Shown one piece after another: positions 10,381 through 21,184 of a DNA stretch of 64,000 nt; positions within the stretch are counted from its first letter, which is position 1; the number at the start of each line of letters is the position of its first letter. The position numbers were made by a program, and so were the translations under genes. Origin of the DNA: Candidatus Latescibacterota bacterium (GTDB lineage: Bacteria > Latescibacterota > UBA2968); NCBI GenBank assembly GCA_965198115.1, contig OZ240241.1:7840001-7904000 (forward strand). Direction: 5' to 3'. The notes below the pieces were generated by a model that saw only the letters and a list, made by a program, of their open reading frames with translations, was not told where the DNA came from and ran no database searches.

Positions 10381-11118
10381 CTACAACGGTCTACCCCGCA
10401 AAACCTCCCGACACTGCGACTCCCCATTCCCCGTCACGTTGTAAGCGAACGTGTTCGCTCGTCGATCGCGATCGGAGGTGTTCGGTGCGGAACCGTGAAT
10501 CACGAGTGCATTGAAGAAGATCGCGTCGCCGCGACCCATCGGGATGGCCGTCGCATCATCACGCGGCTGGTAGTGGCCCGGCAGGAAGACGCCGAAGCTC
10601 GTCTGCTCGCGCTGATGCTCCTGCAACCCCCAGTGATGACTGCCATCGACAAACTCCGTACAACCATTCTCTTCGTCTGTACGGTCGATCGACACCATAC
10701 AGTTCACCATCAACGGCCGATTTCCTTCCTTCTTCCAATAGGCATAGTCCTGGTGCCAGGGAATCGCCGTCCCGTCGTTGGCGGCCTTCATCAGCAGCTT
10801 GCTGTGATACAGCGATATGTCCGGACCGACCAGCGAGCCAATGACGTCAAGCGCCGTGTTGCTTCGCAGCATCGCATTCAGCGTCTGACTCACGAGCTCG
10901 CTGTGCATCAACTGTCGGATGCGTTTGGGCAGATCCTCATCTTCGAAGTCTTCCCAACTGATCCCCACGCCCTCAACCGGTGACTCAGCCATCCGATCGT
11001 GAAGATTGACGATTTCCTCATCTACTGCATCGATCGTTGCCGCGTTGAAGAATCCCGGCTTGTGTAGATAGCCATTGGCCTCGAACGAAGCCCTTTCATC
11101 AGGTGTTAATGACATCAC
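10381..11118 (-). CDS. phytanoyl-CoA dioxygenase (PhyH) family protein
   Basis: WHQDY HxD motif, ENGC, IHGSAPNTSDRDRR. Confidence 0.92.
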   Translation of the reverse strand: MMSLTPDERASFEANGYLHKPGFFNAATIDAVDEEIVNLHDRMAESPVEGVGISWEDFEDEDLPKRIRQLMHSELVSQTLNAMLRSNTALDVIGSLVGPDISLYHSKLLMKAANDGTAIPWHQDYAYWKKEGNRPLMVNCMVSIDRTDEENGCTEFVDGSHHWGLQEHQREQTSFGVFLPGHYQPRDDATAIPMGRGDAIFFNALVIHGSAPNTSDRDRRANTFAYNVTGNGESQCREVLRGRPL

Positions 11119-11255
11119 GGTTCCCTAAATCCCATGGAATCCAACAGCTGGCGAAGCCGTCGTAACCGCCCACGGCTGACCGCCGACCGCCCACCTGCTT
11201 TCACGCCCACCGTCAACCGTCCACGACGATGACCTTATCTCTCGTGAACGATTCC

Positions 11256-12026
11256 CTAAGGAATGGCGAACCGCATCGTCTGGATCACCCGGTCCCCCAG
11301 CACCTGCGGGCTGAAGGGCTTTGCGACGAAGGCGTCGATTCGCATCTCGACAGCGCGCTGCACGACCTCCGTCGTCGGCGAGGAAGTGATCATGATGATA
11401 GGCATGTAGCGCGTGTCGGGATCCGCCTTGAGTTGCTCCGAGACGTGAAAGCCATCGTCACCCGGAAGGAGATAGTCGATGATGGCAACGTCTGCCGGGT
11501 TACGCGTGAGTCGGTCCAGCGCTTCCTTCGGATCTACGTAGCAGTCGCAGAAAATGCCCCGGCGCTCCAGAGCTGCCTTCATCGCCTCGAGCGCATCCGG
11601 ATCGTCATCCAAAATCACCGCTTCGGCCTGTCGACCCAGGTTCTCTGGAAACAGCAAACCTTTGAGCAGGATCTGAAGGTCTTGCGAGTCGACGGGTTTG
11701 ACCAGATAGCCCGCAAGCTCACCGTTGGTCAGCATCTCGTGAGCGTTCTCCGTCACGAATCCGGTCACGACCTCGGCTTTTGGATAGTCCTCCTTGACCT
11801 GTCGAAGTAATTGCCAGCCGGTCATATCGGGCATCATCAGGTCGGTGATGACGAGATCCACCTCGTTCTCCGACAGAAAGGTCAGAGCCTCCTCTCCGGA
11901 CGAACTTCCAGACGCCTCGTAGCCCGCCATCTGGACGAGCTTCACGAGCGCACCGCGCACTTCGGCTTCGTCATCCACGAGATGAACGTGAAAGTCGGCT
12001 GGAGCTTTGGATTCTTCTTCGCTCAT
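11256..12026 (-). CDS. response regulator with two receiver domains
   Basis: VDD..TDLMMP..KPV and LDDD..IDYLLP..KPF; no output domain. Confidence 0.9.
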   Translation of the reverse strand: MSEEESKAPADFHVHLVDDEAEVRGALVKLVQMAGYEASGSSSGEEALTFLSENEVDLVITDLMMPDMTGWQLLRQVKEDYPKAEVVTGFVTENAHEMLTNGELAGYLVKPVDSQDLQILLKGLLFPENLGRQAEAVILDDDPDALEAMKAALERRGIFCDCYVDPKEALDRLTRNPADVAIIDYLLPGDDGFHVSEQLKADPDTRYMPIIMITSSPTTEVVQRAVEMRIDAFVAKPFSPQVLGDRVIQTMRFAIP

Positions 12027-12174
12027 AACTCACCTATTTCAAGTGAACGCTGACAGACAGGGCATAATCGGGGATCGCGTTCTCGCGGTCAAATGCCATC
12101 TCGGTCAGCACGCATTGCCGAGAGACCGACCACGGTATATCATGCATCGGTCCCCATTCCCGACGGAGTCACGC

Positions 12175-12948
12175 ATGCCGGCAGGTCAACTCGCAGGAAG
12201 GGTCGCGTTCGTCACCGGTGCCGGGAGCGGCATCGGACTCGCGACTGCCCAAGGGATGGCAAAGGCGGGTGCGAAGGTTGCCCTCGTCGGCATCCCACCG
12301 GACGGCGTTCGAACGGGCGCTAGACAGATCGTTGAGGCTGGAGCCGAGGCCATCTCGCTCCCGACCGATGTCTCCGATCCCGCAGCCGTCAAAGCAGCCG
12401 TAAAGTCGACCGTCGATCAGTTTGGCGGGATCGACCTTCTCGTCGCCAGTGCAGCTGTTCAGATGCACAACGAAGACCGAGACCTTCATACGTTGGACGA
12501 TAGGATCTGGGATCGGACCCACGACATCAACTACCGAGGTGTCTACCTCACGTGCAAGCACACGCTCGACCAGATGATGTCGCAAGGAACCGGAGGCGTC
12601 ATCACCATCGTGTCATCGGTCACCGCATTCGGCGGTGGTTCGGCCAACGTGAGCTACCTCAGCGGCAAGCACGGCCTCATCGGTCTGGCCCGTCATATCG
12701 GCGTGCACTACGCCGAGCACGGCATCCGGTGCAACGCGATCTGTCCTGGCGCGCTCGAGCGAACCCCGGACCACGATGTCCACCCCGACCCCGAAGGCCG
12801 CGCAGCACGACTCGCGGAAATCATCCCCCTGGGCCGGCCGGGCAGGCCCGAGGACATCGCACCCTGGATCGTCTTTCTATCAACCCCCAACGCCGGCTAC
12901 GCCACCGGCGCCACCTTCGTCATCGACGGTGGCCTCACTGTATCGTAA
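12175..12948 (+). CDS. SDR family NAD(P)-dependent oxidoreductase
   Basis: TGAGSGIG, YLSGK (YxxxK), CNAICPG, IDGG; ATG 12175 after GGAG. Confidence 0.93.
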   Translation: MPAGQLAGRVAFVTGAGSGIGLATAQGMAKAGAKVALVGIPPDGVRTGARQIVEAGAEAISLPTDVSDPAAVKAAVKSTVDQFGGIDLLVASAAVQMHNEDRDLHTLDDRIWDRTHDINYRGVYLTCKHTLDQMMSQGTGGVITIVSSVTAFGGGSANVSYLSGKHGLIGLARHIGVHYAEHGIRCNAICPGALERTPDHDVHPDPEGRAARLAEIIPLGRPGRPEDIAPWIVFLSTPNAGYATGATFVIDGGLTVS

Positions 12949-13104
12949 ACCCCGGGAAGCGCCACTGAGTTCACAGAGAAAGACCCTTATGGGATCAGAC
13001 GTAGGTTCCGGGCTGCCAACCGGATACCGTGCCATCCCCCAGATCCTCAGCAGTTCTCAGTGTACTCAGTGGCTGCTTTTCTATTCTTAGAAAAGGAGAT
13101 TGAC

Positions 13105-13467
13105 ATGGTCATTCGCAGCTGGAAGCAAGCCGTTCCCGTCGTCGGTCACGAAACAGCCATCATCTGGTCGATCTTTCGCGCCAAGGGATCCGAGGGTTTG
13201 ACAGATAAGGAAGCGCCGCTGCTCGGGACGACTGGATTCACACTCCACATGATGCAAGCTGGCATGGAGGGCGATTACCACGATCACGACGATCGCGAGC
13301 AGATCTATTACTTCACGGAGGGAAAGGGAAAGATGAAGATCGATGGCGAGATCTACGACGTCGAGAAAGGCGACGCCGTCCACCTTCCGCCGAAGGTCAT
13401 GCATCAACTCATCAACGACTCAGACGACTGGATCGAACATCTCATCGTCAGCGCACTGGCGAAGTAA
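13105..13467 (+). CDS. cupin domain protein
   Basis: HDHDDREQIYY..G..GDAVHLPPKVMHQL cupin motifs; RBS AAGGAG. Confidence 0.9.
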   Translation: MVIRSWKQAVPVVGHETAIIWSIFRAKGSEGLTDKEAPLLGTTGFTLHMMQAGMEGDYHDHDDREQIYYFTEGKGKMKIDGEIYDVEKGDAVHLPPKVMHQLINDSDDWIEHLIVSALAK

Positions 13468-13505
13468 AACCTGAAACCACCTCTCACGTTCGTTCGAGGC
13501 AGGCT

Positions 13506-13681
13506 CCACACACGAAATACACGAACGGGGAGCAACAATAGGATCGGGGATGCCTTTCACACCCAGGCCTGGAATACGCCTGGAGTAGTGATCCGCTCCC
13601 CCTAGTTGAAGCCGATGGTCCGTTGCCTGCTCATACGGAGGGATAGGGTTCTCTTTCGTGTGGTTCGTGTATTTCGTGGTA
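13506..13681. repeat. inverted pair of 9-bp-period repeats (CACGAAATA type)
   Basis: cacacgaaatacacgaa at ~13509 and ttcgtgtggttcgtgtatttcgtggt at ~13655; related copies at ~43385 and ~59686. Confidence 0.7.
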
Positions 13682-13704
13682 GGGTTTTGATTTCGTGGTT
13701 CGGA

Positions 13705-14580
13705 TTACTTCGCAGAGAGGGTCGCTGGCGCATCGCTAACGAGGGACTGGGCAAGCCGCGCGTGCGAGCCGTGGGCCACCGTATAGACACGCGTGATCTC
13801 CGCCCCAAGCAGCAGAATCTGACTCGAGATGTAGAACCAGAACATGATCACGATGAACGAACCCGCAGCCCCATAGACCGAGCCGAAGGCACTCGTGCGC
13901 AGATACCACAACATCAGGGACTCAGCGCCTACGAACACCAGCGCAGACGTGGCAGCTCCCAGTAGGACGTCCCCAACACGTCAGTTTGACGCTGGGCATC
14001 AGGCGGTAGACCATCGCGAAGGCGAACGAAAGGATGGCCCACGCCATCAGGAACTCGAAACCCTCGAGCAGCTGAGGATACTCCGAAACACGCGGAAGCA
14101 GCACATTCACCGACGGCTCCACGATCACCACACCAAAGAGAAGGGCGCCCGCTCCGATCGTCGCCAGGAACGCGGCAAAACGTCGGCGGAGCCGCGTCAG
14201 GATGTTCTGTCGATTTGGCTCGACCTCCAGACCGAGTTGAGCGCATCCTGCAATTGGGCGAACACGCGAGTCATCGCGTAAAGCAGTGTGATCGCACTGA
14301 CGGCTGTGGCGAACAAGCTCGACGATCGGTTGCGCACGCCAGACACCATAATGAGTATCGTATCGGCCGCGCGGTCGCCGAGAAGCTGGCTCGCCTCCGA
14401 GATCAGCCGCTTTTGTGCCTCGTCCTCTCCTAAAAAAGTCCCGGCAACCGCGATCAGAATGACCATGATCGGGGCAAGCGCAAACATCGTGTAGTACGCG
14501 AGACCGGCTGCCAATCTTGGGATTCGATGCTGCCGCCAGTTCGAGTAGAGAACTTTCAGATAATCTATCGCCATGGCCAC
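13705..14580 (-). pseudogene. YihY/virulence factor BrkB family membrane protein, frameshifted
   Basis: RLAAGLAYYTMFALAP, VFAQLQDALNSVW and SVYGAAGSFIVIMFWFYISSQILLLGAE spread over several frames. Confidence 0.88.
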
Positions 14581-14645
14581 CTAAATGTCAGAAAGACAAA
14601 ATTTTATGGCATTGTAGGACCAACAAAGACTTCGGTCAACCCCAC

Positions 14646-14674
14646 AAAAAAAACAGGGCTCGAATCGAGCCCTG
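14646..14674 (-). terminator. intrinsic terminator after the small minus-strand ORF
   Basis: Hairpin cagggctcga-a-tcgagccctg followed by T8 on the minus strand. Confidence 0.8.
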
Positions 14675-14679
14675 CCGCT

Positions 14680-14898
14680 TTAGGCCAACCTGACGACTGC
14701 AGGTGAATCGGGTATCTCCCCCCGGAACTTTTCAATTCCCCTGAATCGGCGCAACCCAGCGGTCGTGATTGCCCACCAACATGCCCACGCCAGAGCCAGA
14801 ATCGCCACCGCAGTGACCACGTAGCCTACCGTCTTCCGCCGCTTTTCCTCTCGTGCTGAGGCTTCGACAACCCTCTGGAACTTCCCCGACCCGGGCAC
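14680..14898 (-). CDS. small single-pass membrane protein
   Basis: GTG after AAGGAGG; one TM helix; terminator directly downstream. Confidence 0.65.
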   Translation of the reverse strand: MPGSGKFQRVVEASAREEKRRKTVGYVVTAVAILALAWACWWAITTAGLRRFRGIEKFRGEIPDSPAVVRLA

Positions 14899-15416
14899 GT
14901 CGGCCTCCTTTCAACGCAGCTATAAGCTGGTCTCTCAGATACCTTAACAATCGCTGATTTTTGCCCTGGTGTCAACCGTCGCCAGATGCAACGGCGTCTC
15001 GTGAAATTCAGCGTAATCTGAGAGACCTCGTAGGATGTCTCCTACACGAGTGTAGCCCCTTCCCTACCGACGTTTCATCCACGGTCCCAGACAGCCATGA
15101 ATCGTCGTAAGTCTTTGATTCGACTGTAGCAAAGAGTATATTCCCAAAAGTTTTTCATCATTGTAACAGGGGGCAATGATGAGGGGCTTCATTCTGCAAC
15201 TTGTCAGGTTTTGAGCCCCCCTCCGCAAGAACGACACGTTTCGATCATCTCTTCCTGCGATCGGGTTTTCCACCCGTCGGCACAGTGAGATAACGTCCCG
15301 CGAACGGATCCCTGTCTACGACCAGGGCCCTGATGTGTCGTTCGAGTATCTCTCCGGTCATCCACAAAATAGATGCCTTACGCTGCCGGGCCTGTGAACA
15401 AGAGGATACCTAATCC

Positions 15417-18400
15417 ATGTCATTGCTGATCTCCAGACTCCTGTCCACAGCACTCGGCCTGATCGTCCTCGCAGGCTGGTATACGCATAGCACGACACTG
15501 ATTCAGGTACTCCCCACGTTCGTCCCCATGCAATACAACACGGCGCTCGGGTTCTTCCTCTCCGGCTTGGGTCCTATCCTCGTCTATCGTGACAGATTGC
15601 CCTTCGCCAGGATGGTCGGAGTACTCGTCTCAACCATCGGGTTCCTGACTCTGATCGAGTATGTATTCGGCGTCGATCTCGGCATCGATCAGCTGTTGAT
15701 GGAACACTATGTCAACGTAAAGACCTCTCACCCTGGACGGATGGCGCCGAACACGGCCGTGTGTTTCCTCCTGTCCGGACTGTCCATTATCTACCTGACG
15801 CAGTCCGATTCGGAAACCAACCAGAAGATCACGGGTATTCTCGGAGCCGTAACCGCGTCCCTCGGCGCGGTGGCACTCTTCGGGTATATAAGCGGGCTGG
15901 AAACGACATACGGATGGGGACACCTCACTCGGATGGCAGTCCACACGTCGATCGGCTTCGTCGCCATTGGGCTCGGCGTGTTCATCAACTCCGTCCTCAG
16001 CCACCATCTGGGCGGGATTGGAAGTGCGACGTGGCTGACCTAGCCCATCGGGATTGGAACTCTGACGGCCGTAATCATCCTCTGGCAGGCCGTAGACGCA
16101 CAATCTTCGGATGGATCTCGAGCTCCCCAATTCACTCTACTGACGGGCCTGCTTCAATCGGCGTTGTTCACCCTCCTTGCCCACTACGTCCTCACCCGGA
16201 GAACAGCGGAAGTCGAGCTTAAATGCGCGCACGACGACCTGGAGAGGCGAATCGAAGATCGAACCGGTCAGCTGGCCCAAGCAACGTCGAAGGCCGAACA
16301 AGCCGCGCTCGAAGCGGAACAAAGATCCCGCGAGCTGGAAAAATCACGAAAGTGTCGACCAATCAGGCGGCGATCGAGACCAGCCTGGCGGCCTTGACTT
16401 CACAGCTCCAGGGCAAGCTGACGGTGGCAGAAGTCGCCGAGCGGTCTCTGAGTGCCATGGCCGATTACATGGGGGCTCCTCCAGTGGGCGCGCTCTACGT
16501 TTTAGAGGACGACGACCATCTCCACCGGTATGCGGCGCAAGCGCTGTCGGACGAGGCTGAGCCGCTTACCAGATTTCCGATCGGGACGGGGAGTGTGGGC
16601 TAGGTCGCGCAATCCCGGAAGCTGTGCATCCAGACTCCCCCGGGCGACACCTACGCGATCTCCTTCGGCTTCGGCAACGCCCCTGCCCTTCATATTGTGA
16701 CATCCCCTCTCCTCTCAAGCAACGAACTCACGGGCGTCGTGGAACTGCTTTTCCTAAACACCGTGCCCGAAGAAAAGACCCAGTGGTTGGAAGAAGCGTG
16801 CGGAATCGCTGCGACGTCGCTTCGCTTCGCCCTGGAAGCTGGTGTAAGAGCGCAGGCCGAAGAGCGCACCCGGCTGATTCTGGAGTCCAGCGGTGAGGGC
16901 ATCTTCGGGTTGGATCTCGAGGGCCGGGCGACGTTCGTAAACCCGGCAGTCTGCGAGATGCTCGGTTTCGCACCGGATGAGCTGATCGGTCAACCCGCAC
17001 ACGCGCTGATGCATCATTCTCGACCGGATGGGATTGCATATCCCGTTGAGGAATGCCCCATGGAGGCGGCATTCAGCCAGGGCATCGCAACGACGGTTGA
17101 CGACGAAGTGATGTGGCACAAAGCCGGCCACAGCATCCCGGTGGAATACACCGCGACCCCCATCAGGAAAGGGGAAGAGATCGTCGGCGCGGTGATCGGT
17201 TTCCGCGACATCACAGAACGGAAAGCAGCGGAGAGAGCCACGGAAGAGGCCAGGGAGATCGCCGAAGCGGCCGCACAGGCAAAAGCCGACTTCCTCGCGA
17301 ACATGAGTCACGAGATCCGCACGCCTATGAATGCCATCACCGGCATGGCTCACTTGGCGTTGAGAACCGATCTCGATCCTAAACAGAAAGATTATCTCGA
17401 GAAGATCCAGTCTTCGAGTCAGCATCTGCTCGGCATCATTAACGACATCCTCGACTTTTCGAAGATCGAGGCCGGCAAGATGGAGATCGAAACGACCGAC
17501 TTCGACCTGGAGAAGACGCTGGAGGTCGTGGCCAATCTGATTGGCGACAAGGCTGCGGCCGCGGGACTCGAGCTGATCATCGACGTCGATGCCGATCTTC
17601 CCCGGGATCTTCGCGGCGATCCGTTGCGGCTCGGGCAGGTGATCATCAACTACGCGAACAACGCCGTCAAGTTCACCGAGGATGGTGAAATCACCATCCG
17701 GGCGAAAGCGATCGAGAAGACCGAGACACACGTCCTGGCCCGATTCGAAGTGCAGGATACAGGTATTGGTCTCACACCCGAGCAGAAGGGTCGACTGTTC
17801 CAATCTTTCCAGCAAGCCGACACGACCACCACGCGCAAATACGGAGGCACGGGCCTGGGGCTCGCAATCGCCAAACAGCTGGCCGAGTTGATGGGCGGCG
17901 ACGTCGGCGTCGAGAGCGAATATGGAGTCGGAAGCACGTTCTGGTTTACCGCCCGACTCGAAATCGGCGAGCCCACCGAACGGCTTCTCCTACCCGCTCC
18001 TGACCTTCGAAACCGGCGTGTGCTCGTCGCGGATGACAACGACCATGCCCGCGAGATCATATCGGAGATGCTTGCGAGCATGACTTTTCGGGTGGACGCC
18101 GTCTCCTCCGGCGAAAAGGCCCTCTCGGCCATTTCCGAGGCGGACGCGATCGACGACGGCTACGAGATTGCATTTCTCGACTGGCAGATGCCGCCGGGCA
18201 TCGACGGCATCGAGACAGCACGTCGAATGCTTTCCACGAGCCTGAAAAGCATGCCGCATCCCGTCATGGTAACTGCCCACGGGCGCGAGGAAGTATTCCG
18301 CGAGGCAGACGAGGCCGGCATCGAAGTCACGCTCGTCAAACCCGTGAATCCATCGATTCTCTTCGATGCAGCCATACGCGCCCTGGGCGGAGAAATCAAG

Positions 18401-18835
18401 ACAGACGAACGTCAGTCCGACGCTGGGGGCTTGACGTCTGTCGACCTGGATTCCATCAAGGGTGCTCGCATCCTGCTGGCTGAGGACAACGCACTGAACC
18501 AGCAAGTGGCCGTGGAACTCTTGACCGAGGCAGGACTTGTCGTAGAGGTGGCCGAGAACGGGAAGATTGCGCTCGAGAAGGTTGCCGAGGATAGCTACGA
18601 TCTCGTCCTGATGGATATGCAAATGCCGGAAATGGACGGAGAAACCGCAACGATCGAAATCCGGAAAGACGGAAGGTTCGCCGATCTCCCGATTCTGGCG
18701 ATGACGGCCAACGTAATGGAAGCGGACAGGGAGCGAACACGAGAAGTAGGTATGAACGACCACATCGGGAAGCCCGTCGACCCCGAAGAGCTCTTCGAAA
18801 AACTGGCCCGATGGATACCCTCCACGGTCGGATAG
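15417..18835 (+). pseudogene. hybrid sensor histidine kinase (multi-TM, GAF, PAS, HisKA, HATPase, 2xREC) with a disrupted 5' half
   Basis: TM region with HPGRMAPNTA; in-frame TAG at 16041-16043 and 16601-16603 plus frameshifts. ORF 16697..18835 has [27 protein letters not shown] and two REC domains. Confidence 0.9.
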
Positions 18836-19036
18836 TGTGGTGTTACTAAGCGGGGTCACCGGTGATCTGTTACGCAGATCGCCCTTTAGAAGCGTATCGC
18901 AGGGTCACTTCGAGCGGAGTCGAGAAGTCCCTCAATGCACTTACGCCATGGGCGAGTTCTCGACTCGCGCTCGAACTGACGCCGCGTTTTCTCTTGCCAA
19001 AAACAGGTAACAGCAAGTGATCGAGTTCAGGAAAGG

Positions 19037-21184
19037 GTGCCGAAAGCTTTGAACCAGGATGATACGAAAGCACGCAACGAGGACGCATCCCCACGTGTGA
19101 GGATTGTCCAGATACTCTACGACAGGCCCATACCGATTCTGTGTGCGGTTCTCCTGGTTGGTTTCACGGTGGTCGGATGGTATGCGCTCAGGCTGTCCGA
19201 CAGGCTGATTCGGTCCAACGCGATCAACCACGCATCGCGCACCGCCGAGATGCTCGCATCGTTCCGGACAATCTATACATCGGACGTCGTCAGTCGCCTC
19301 AAACCGCAGGGTGTCGATATCAGACACGACTATGAGCGTCACGATGGCGCGATTCCCTTGCCTGCGACGTTGAGCATCAAGCTCGGAGAGCAGATCGGCG
19401 CCCTGGGAACAGGTCTGGAGGCATCGCTCTACAGCCCCTATCCCTTCCCCTGGCGTTCATCGGGGGGGGTCTTCGAGACGATTTCAGGAAGGCCGCGTGG
19501 GAGCAGCTGAACGCTGATCCCGACAGTCCGTTCTATCGGTTCGAGGAGTACCGGGGAAGGTCGTCTCTGCGTTTTGCGACGGCCGACCGCATGCGTCCCG
19601 AATGCGTGGACTGTCACAACACCCATCCTCAGACGCCCAGAACCGGGTGGAAGGCAGGCGATGTACGGGGAGTCCTCGAAGTGATCCTGCCCCTCGATAC
19701 GATTCGCGAGGAGATGGACGTCGGCATCCGGAACACGATGGTGTTGCTTGGAATAGCCGTCCTACTGGGCATTGGATGCCTGGCTGTAGCCATGGGCCAG
19801 ATGAGGTCGGGCGCCCGGCGCCTGGGTGAGCAGGTCGAGGTACGGACAGCGGCCCTGAACCAGAGCGAGACCGATAAGTCGGAACTGCTCCAGCTTCGTT
19901 CCCATCTCGAACGGCAGGTGGAAGAGCGTACAGCTGAGCTATCGGAGAAAGCGGAATCGGAGGCGAGCCTCGCTGCCCTGTCGTCTCGTCTGCAGGGAGG
20001 GCTCACGCCCAAACAAATCGCGCACGAGGCGATGGCCGCAATCATCGAGTCTACCGAGGCTCCTTCAGGAGCACTCTACGTACTCGAAGGGGACGGTCGA
20101 CTCCATCGACGAGCAGAGCACGCGCTGCCACCCGAAGCGACGGCACAGAACGTCTTCTCGTTGAGTTCCGGCAGCATCGGTCAAGCTGCTAAGGACCGAA
20201 AGATGCTGATCCGCGATCCCGGTGATCAGCAGTGGTCCATCACCTTTGGGCTGGGCAGGACACCACCGAGATCCATCGTCACGTGCCCTCTGGTTGCCAA
20301 CGATTCCCTTGCGGGCGTCGTCGAACTGTATCTGTTGACCGAGTTCAATGGCACACAGAGCCAGTGGTTGACCAAAGCATCACAGACCGTGGCGTCGGCG
20401 CTGCGGCTTGCGCAGGAAGGCAGTGAGAAAGATCGCGCCGATGAACAGACCCGCCTGATTTTGGAGTCGACTCCAGACTGCATGGTCATCACGAACGACC
20501 GCGGCGAAATCGTATTCGTCAATTCGGTCTCAGAAAAGACGTTCGGATACGACCGGAACGACCTCATCGGTCACCCTGTCACGGACCTGATCCCCGAACG
20601 ATACCACGGAAGCCACGGGGCCAACGTTGCAGGCTTTGTGGCCAACCCACACGTTCGGGAAATGGGGGCTGGACTCGATCTGTTCGCTCTCAAAAACGAT
20701 GGCTCAGAGTTTCCCGTACAGATCAGCCTGAGCCCGGTCGAATCCGACGAGGGATTGCTCATTGTCGCGGCCGTGAGAGACATCTCGGAGATGAAGGCCG
20801 AGCAGGCCCACTTCGGAAACTCTCACGTGCGACGGAGCAAAGCCCCGCACTCGTCGTCATCACAGATCGAGACGGTACGATCGAGTATGTGAACCCCAAG
20901 TTTACGGAAGTCACAGGTTACACATTCGAAGAGGCGGTCGGTCAAAACCCACGCTTCCTGAAGAGCGATAGGCAATCTCCCGAATTCTATCAAAACCTCT
21001 GGGACACGATTCTGGCCGGCGAAGAATGGCACGGTGAGTTTTGCAACCTCCGCAAGAACGGAGAGGAATACTGGGAGAGAGCATCCATTTCACCCAACGT
21101 GATGATCGCGGCGAGGTTTCTCACTTTGTCGGGGTGAAGGAAGACATCACAGAACGTAAAGCGCGGCGGGATCGGGCTGAGTAG
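19037..21184 (+). pseudogene. c-type heme (DUF3365/Tll0287-like) GAF-PAS-PAS sensor without a kinase core, frameshifted
   Basis: IPLPATLS..YSPYPFPWR, CVDCH (CxxCH), GDVRGVLEV, then GAF and two PAS. Ends at KEDITERKARRDRAE* 21184. Frameshifts near 19465 (G run), 20815 and 21095. Confidence 0.82.

Noticed and set aside
15040-15300. Imperfect hairpin (ggggcttca..tgagcccc) upstream of the signalling cluster as a riboswitch
   Set aside because: It is a single weak stem with no recognisable aptamer motif, and more likely promoter-region sequence.
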